A DNA stretch of 64,000 nt, taken from the NCBI RefSeq assembly GCF_000315625.1, contig NW_005434663.1, positions 124,001-188,000 of the forward strand, given 5' to 3'. Position numbers and translations under genes: made by a program. A model generated the notes under the pieces. It saw only the letters and a list, made by a program, of their open reading frames with translations. It was not told the origin of the DNA and ran no database searches. The stretch comes from Guillardia theta CCMP2712. Taxonomy: Eukaryota > Protista > Cryptophyta. This document shows positions 52,801 through 64,000 of this stretch, in pieces; position 1 is the first letter of the stretch, and the number at the start of each line of letters is the position of its first letter.

Positions 52801-53108
52801 ACGACGAAGAAGTCGAAGACGTGCCAGCCATTTTCCAGAACGCGTGAAACCAGTGGGCCGCCATGTTGATAGCAAGCTCAACGGCGAAGATGATAGTGAA
52901 AGTCTGAAGACGTGGCGACAAGATTTCAGAAGAGAACAAGAAGGAAAATGACTCACGATGTCAAGAATCTTGAATGTATCAGCAGCTTTCGTTCCATCCT
53001 CCGGAAGAAGCTGCATTGTAGTTCATCATCATCACCACCACCACCTCCACCACCTCCACCACCGTCACCATCTTTATCATCATCTCCATCATGATCATCG
53101 TCGTCATT

Positions 53109-53167
<59 letters not shown>

Positions 53168-54552
53168 TAGCGACAGCAACCTGAAGCTCAGTTGCAGTAC
53201 AAATGAAGTTTGCAGCAATGAGAACAGCGAAGAAAGTCTGCACGAGAGCGCGATCGTAGAAGCGCGAGAGGGAGGCCTGCATCCCAGCGCGATCATTGTG
53301 AAGTTAGACTGAGTCGTCGACTAGACCTGAAGTTTGTTGATCCTGTTGAGTTTCTTCCACTTCTTCTTCGCACTGAGAGAAAGACTGTCAGACTCTCCTC
53401 ATCTAGAGGGGAGGGGGAGAAGCTTTCCTGATAGCCTCGTGCTCGATCCTCGATATCCACTCTTCTATCTCCTGCATTGGATCTCAAACAAGTAGGACAG
53501 GCAGCAAACTCAACCTTCTCCTTCTCTGCCTGGCTGACATGCTTGTTCGAGAAATGTCTCAACGTGTACGTCCGGCCTGAGACGTCAAAGTTGTCAACGA
53601 ACGCCTCGTAAGCATAAGGGCATGACATCACCCGAGTTGTATCCCTTGGGATTCGTTCTGATCAGGATGACGCTCTGCTCCCGCACGTCAGGGACTTACA
53701 TGTCCCCCAGTTCCTTCACCTTCCCCTCTGACGCGAGCACTGGCATGATGTATTGTTGGAACTCGTCATACGACAAGTCACCTTCACACTGCGTCAGCAC
53801 AACCCGCACACACACCCGTCCTCTACCATCCAGGTTCACGTCCGCGTCCTGACGGGGCAGAGGAGGAAGGCAGAGCAGTATCAGTCGCAGGAGGGAGGCG
53901 AGAAGATCAGGGCACCTCGAAGATGGCAGTGATCTTGTTCGCTCTGAAGCCGTACTTGGACAGGGCGACCGTCAGCTGAGGGAAGGACGTCAGCTAGCGG
54001 ACTCCCTCCGCTCCTCTACCTCCGATCGGCTGATCAGCCCGTTGCCGTCAAGGTCCATGTCCTCAAAGTGCTTGTGGACGTCCATGTGCGCGTTCTGAAC
54101 GCTCTCAATCTCCAGTACGAGTCAGCTCAAGGAGGCAGGCGCAGGGCCTGACCTCGTTGAGAGGGATGCAGTCCAGTATCTTGTTGCTGTCCTCGAGCGA
54201 CAGGATGAGCAGGTTGTGCGTCAAGCTGATCTGTTGGGTGAAGGAGAGTGAGAGAGCAACCGGGGAAACAGTTGGTTCCTTCGACCTTTCTGACTTGTTC
54301 CCCGGCACCATAGTAGAAGAGCGCTGTGGTAGAGATCAGCAGAATGCTTGATGGTCTGCGGAGGTCAAGAACCTGTCTTGAGGATGAGACTTTCGTCAGG
54401 GAGAGTCGTTTCCCCTGATTCATCCAGTAGCAGACTTCAACGGAACAAGGTCAGCGTTCTCGAGGCAAGGCAAGAGCAACAAAGATCAACCTTCCTTTCA
54501 CTTTCTGCCGTCGAGATCGCCCAGAGGCTGCGATGCTCGCGACAAAAGCCAT
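49821..54552 (-). CDS. Single-domain (6TM) voltage-gated cation channel, EukCat/BacNav/CatSper-like, with EF-hands (ends approximate)
   Basis: S1 VQTFFAVLIAANF, S2 FTIIFAVELAIN, S3 NGWHVFDFFVV, S4 KTLRLIRAFRVLRIFSR, pore SFFTMFQ|VATFDDW, S6 VVIAVLLDHF. EF-hands DLDGNGLISRSE (N-terminal) and DVDRSGALSWQE (C-terminal). Confidence 0.87.
50762..50861. other. Assembly gap (100 N) inside an intronic CCCT/GCTCCCCTC repeat
   Basis: Run of n flanked by simple repeats. Confidence 0.98.
52703..52766. repeat. (CCT)n intronic microsatellite
   Basis: Visible repeat inside the S3-S4 intron of the channel gene. Confidence 0.9.
53020..53166. repeat. (CAC)/(CAT)n intronic microsatellite
   Basis: Visible repeat in the intron after the S1 exon. 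Confidence 0.9.
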
Positions 54553-55311
54553 GGAAGAGTCGCCTGCTGGACTAGATGTTCAATCTCACAGTCTTATCGG
54601 TCATTCTTGCTTCATCTCCCTTGCTAGCTTTCATTGTACCCACCCCACCTCGTCTTCCTCCAACCTATCCCATCCCTCTCAGCTGATCACGAGGATCGTA
54701 TGTTAGCTTTAGCTGCTCTTTACTCAACATCTCAGCCTTGTCCTCTGGTTATCGTCTCTGACAGCGTCGCTCCTTAGCCTCTATCGTCCACGTTCTCGTG
54801 GCATATCTTCTTTCTCTATATCCTCGTACTTCCTTCTCCTCGACCTGCTGTTGTTCTACTCCCTCTCTTCCTGCTTCTCATCATCCTTGTCTTCATCATG
54901 AGCATCGTCATATCCTCCTCCTCCTCAAGTCAGGCCCACTCTACTTCATTCTCCTTCTCAACCTGATTTCGAACTTCCTCAGTCTTGCACAACTGCTCGC
55001 CCTCTCCTCCCGCCTGCTTCACCTGATCCCCTTCTCTGCTGAGCCCTACATCTTACTGCCTGTCATCCAAACTCTTCCTCCCTCGCCCTCTCCCCATCTC
55101 TCTTCTGGTACATTCTTGACAGTGATGGTGCATGAGGCGAAATGAAATAAAAAATGACCGCACGGTATTACAATATTCATTACGAAATATTTCGGTCGTA
55201 GTTTGCCTATTTACCCGTTTAATTTGAAATATTGAGAATCAGGAGATAAATGAGATTAATAGATCCTTGAAACTTGGGACACGGCGATGAAAATCATCAA
55301 GAAGTTGACTA

Positions 55312-56409
55312 GGTGGGTCCGGTATACTGTTAACAGTTAGGTCTCTGGTACAAATTTTAACTGTTAACAGTTAACCGTTTTTCAACGGTTTTCGTCTTCC
55401 TGTAATAACAGTTAATGGTTAAGTCTTAAACTTCAAATCCGATCAAATTAAGCACCGCGATTGTTTCATCGCGGTTAGTTAAATTTAAAAGTCAGATTTT
55501 TAAACTCCCCTGGTGAGCCCCCCCCCCGACCCGCCTTGGCTCCATGCTGCCCCTCCCGCACTGCGGCGGCACAAGTCGCCCCCAACGCGCTGATCATCAA
55601 GAGCAATGCTCCTCTTACTGGGTTATGCTATGATACACATCGATAGCATCCAATCCACCGTAAAGTGCACTTTCTCAATGCATCACGTTGAAAGATTTCA
55701 CGTCAAGAGCCGATGTATTGCTGCTGTCAATCGACTTGGATCATAGCTATCCAAGTTTATTCAGAAGCTAGCACTGATGATTCCAGGGATAGCAACAGGT
55801 CTCTCAGACACTCAGAAATACGCAACCAAGACGGACTCTGTCATGAGGAGGGTCGCAACGAAGACTGACTGTCATGACTCAAACATGAGGTGATAGCGAT
55901 GTCCTTCCGAGTTCGGAAATGTCGGCTCAAGGTGAACACCATTTCGCAGATGTGAAGCTGATGATGTCGCAAATTCTAATTTCCCAGTCGGTGTATTCAA
56001 ACTTGGTATGTTTGTCTGACTTTACATCGTCAACGATGTGCATTGGTCATGGTTTTGAAAGCTATAGTTTGTCTGTAATAAAGTCATTCTTACCGAGCTC
56101 TTATCATCGTTTAAGCCCATGCCAGCTCACTTGTTTCAACTTAGAGATCTGTTCTGGTTGCCCTTGTGTTTGACATTGGCATCGGAAGCACCTTGATCTG
56201 CGTTCGGAAGCATAGCATCTTGCACACAATTTTTTCATGGACCGCCATTAAAATTTCACACTTTTGGAGGCATATTTTAAAAATTGACGACGAAAACGAA
56301 AATTTGCTGGAATACTGTTAACAGTATACCGGAACACTTTTCATGCTAACTGTTAACAGTAAAATAAGGCCCGAAAGAATTTAACTGTTAACAGTATACC
56401 GGACCCACC
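55312..56409. mobile_element. Non-autonomous TIR DNA transposon (MITE-like), 1,098 bp, probable TA target-site duplication
   Basis: Perfect 28-bp TIRs GGTGGGTCCGGTATACTGTTAACAGTTA (55312-55339 and 56382-56409), TA on both sides (55310-55311, 56410-56411), five ACTGTTAACAGT palindromes near the ends, no transposase ORF. Confidence 0.85.
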
Positions 56410-56794
56410 TACTGGGTTGACGGCAGCAGTGACGGCAGTGACTCGGATGGGATTGAGTGGGGAGGAGGGTCCGGGGGATGAGCGGGGATGAGGGTTCATC
56501 GGCGCCGCGGCCACAATGGAGTGGGCAGGAGCGATGCTGGGAGGGACAGGGAGGAAGAGGAAGAAGGAGAGGAGAGGGGAAGAGTAGAGAGGAAACGGAA
56601 TGAAGGGTAGGGAAGAAAACTGGAGAAGGAAGAAGGAAGCAAGGTTAAGGGCTGGAGAGGTGATGGATTGAGTTTCAGAAGCGATGGTATTCGGGATGGT
56701 TGAAATGGGGAGGAGCTTGCTGGAAGAGTGCAGAAGAAAACTCCTTGTGCTCTTGACAAGATGCTGAAGTTTGTTCCTCAGCACCTGGGCAAGA

Positions 56795-58050
56795 ATGCCT
56801 CCGAAGCACCGAGATACATGCTTTCCGACGGGTCGGATCAAACGGATTATGCAGCAGGACGAGGAGGTAGGGAAGATCTCCAAAGCTGCGCCTGTGCTGG
56901 TGTCCAAGTGTCTTGAGCTGCTCATCGGCGACCTGGTGAACAAAGCATCGCAAGTGACTAGGTCAAAGAATGCGAGCACTGTCAACGTGAACCACCTGAG
57001 GGAAGCCGTTGCCAAAGAAAGCACGTTCGACTTCCTGCAAGATGTAAGAAACAGGAGGAGGCGGGGGGAAGGAGGGGGCGGGGGAAGGAGGGGAAGGAGG
57101 AGGCGAGGGGAAGGAGGGGAAGGAGGAGGCGGGGGGCAGGGAAGTGGGAGTGTTGTTGACGGTAAATTGACTTGAACATGAAGGTGGTTGGAAAGTTCGT
57201 ACCCTCCAGCGAGAATGAGGATAAAGTAGTCGGGTGAGTCTTCAATGCAGGAGGAGGAGGAGGAAGAAGAAAAAGGCTGAGATTGAGTCTCAAGGTCGGA
57301 CGTGGAGGAAGCTACTCATCCAGGCGACGATGACAGCGGGTCAGATAGCGACGAGAATGCGCCGAGCTCATCAACGGGGAGAGGAAGGGGCAGGGGGAGA
57401 GGAAGAGGTGAAGGAAGAGGGAGAGGGAGGGGCAGAGGAAGGGGACGGGGAAAGGAGGCAGGGGAGAACGAAGATGGCGCCCCTCCGAAGAAGCAGCGAA
57501 CACAGGACGGAGAGAAGACTGGTCGAGGACGAGGAAGGGGCAGGTCTGCTCGCTGCTGCTGAACTTCCCTCTCGTTGACGTGTAGAGGAAGAGGAAGAGG
57601 ACGCGGGGCGAAGGCTGCTGGGGGGACAGCTGGCGATGGAGAAGAGGAGAGCAAGGGCATGGAAGTGGAGGAGAAACCAGCGGCGAAGGAGGAGGTGAAG
57701 TATCAGGATACTCCGTGGTGACCTGACATGTGAAGCAGACTGCCGCGGAGGCGAATGAGTAAGCAGAGAGAGAGAAGGGGTTGAAAGAGGGGAAGGGAGG
57801 AAGAGGATGGGGCAAGGGAGGGGAGAGGAAGGGAGAGGAACAAGAAAAGATGTATGCTGGATGGACAGAGGGAAGGGGAGGTACAGCTGATGTACTTGCT
57901 GCAGATCGAAAACTGCGACTTCGTTCGAGCATCGCAAGGTTGACGATGACTATGACGATGACGAGGTTGTCTTTCCCCTCCCCTGCTCCTCAACTCACCT
58001 CTGAACCCTCCTTCCTCTCCCGCTGTCACTGACGCATCCTGTTGCAGTGA
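56795..58050 (+). CDS. DRAP1: NC2-alpha (DRAP1/Bur6) histone-fold transcription cofactor with RG-rich tail
   Basis: FPTGRIKRIMQQDEEVGKISKAAPVLVSKCLELLI...FDFLQD is the NC2-alpha signature. Later exons encode GRGRGR tracts and an acidic DDDYDDDE end. Confidence 0.85.
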
Positions 58051-58169
58051 AGGCAAGATGGTGATGGGATGAAAGCAGATCCGAGAACTTTCTCGACAAG
58101 CAGAACACTACCTCTAGCACTTCCTGTTCTTTGCTTGCATTCTTTAGGAAAACTTTAAATATGACAAAA

Positions 58170-63282
<5,113 letters not shown>

Positions 63283-63779
63283 TTCCCTACAATGCATCCA
63301 TGAGAAAACATTACTGAGCGAGACGGATCGCTCGAAAGCAATCTCTGCTTTTCCATCATGCTGCATCAACACATCTCTCGGTGTGTGTGTGTCTGTGCCT
63401 CCCTCGACTCTTCCGCCAGTTCTTCTCGTTTGTCTTCATTCTTTCACATCGCCCCATTCAAACATCGGTTTCTCTTCTACTCCCTTTCCCTCCTAATAGT
63501 TACTAACTCACATTCAACCACACATTCCACGCTGTACACCTACTTTCTTATGAGTCTCTCACTCTTTTTCTCCTTTTTCTGCTCAGCTAGTAGAACTTCT
63601 CATTATTGCTTGCTGTTGTTTAGCTCGAAGAAGCTCTGTATGTCCCAATTTCAAGAGATCTTCCTTGCTCTTTAGCTTCAGCTTCTACTCCTATGACGGC
63701 TCATTCATCGCCACCTCCCTCGTCTCCCTCCTCCTCATCCACCCGCCCATCCGTTCCTAGCTTGCGCACTTTTGCGGCA

Positions 63780-64000
63780 TTCCCCTCCACCACCCCACCC
63801 TCTCCGTGGAACCTCACTGGTGGTGGTTAGTAGAACCACCACCCCATTTCTTAATTTCACCCCTCATTTCAGTATTGCACAAGGGGGTAGGGTGCCCCGG
63901 GCCTAGGAAAAGGCCCACGAACTTCCGACCGGCCCGGGTCACCGGGCCCAGTGGTGAGCCGCCGGCGGGCCCCGGGCGCCGGGAACTTCCGAAGGCTCGG
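63780..64000. repeat. Start of another C-rich/CCGG-rich intergenic block
   Basis: CCACCCC words, GGGGGTAGGG, dense CCGG/GGCCC and a duplicated GAACTTCCGA. Confidence 0.5.

Noticed and set aside
52953-53312. Poly-His, poly-Asp, poly-Met and poly-Ile ORFs
   Set aside because: Translations of an intronic (CAT)n repeat in the channel gene.
55919-56173. ORF inside the TIR element as a possible transposase
   Set aside because: Only 84 aa with no DDE or HTH motif visible.

Overview
Gene-dense eukaryotic nuclear DNA with many short (~45-70 nt) spliceosomal introns, microsatellite-expanded introns and several bipartite (signal + transit-like) presequences. This points to an alga with a complex red plastid, most like a cryptophyte such as Guillardia theta (inference from style, not from a search). 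About 14 genes can be reconstructed by hand-splicing: ribD deaminase (partial); a ~4,530-aa gamma-type axonemal dynein heavy chain with degenerate AAA1 and AAA4 P-loops; a >2,000-aa secreted beta-repeat protein; a presequence + OTU-like (Cys>Ser) + 2H-phosphoesterase fusion; a plastid-targeted LOTUS-like/SAM methyltransferase; a signal peptide-RLKLRGG-Zn knuckle-ankyrin protein; a PAS-class I phosphodiesterase; a UBZ-AlkB dioxygenase; FAN1; a Sfi1-like protein; a degenerate PCO/ADO cupin-PP2C fusion; a single-domain voltage-gated channel with a TFDDW filter; NC2-alpha; and a RAD5-like SNF2-RING helicase with an SH3-like insert. Non-coding features include a 1.1-kb TA-flanked TIR element and recurring TACCCC/CCGG-rich intergenic blocks. 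The strongest leads are intact pseudoenzymes and new domain fusions. Exon boundaries were inferred by eye and outer gene coordinates are approximate where stated.
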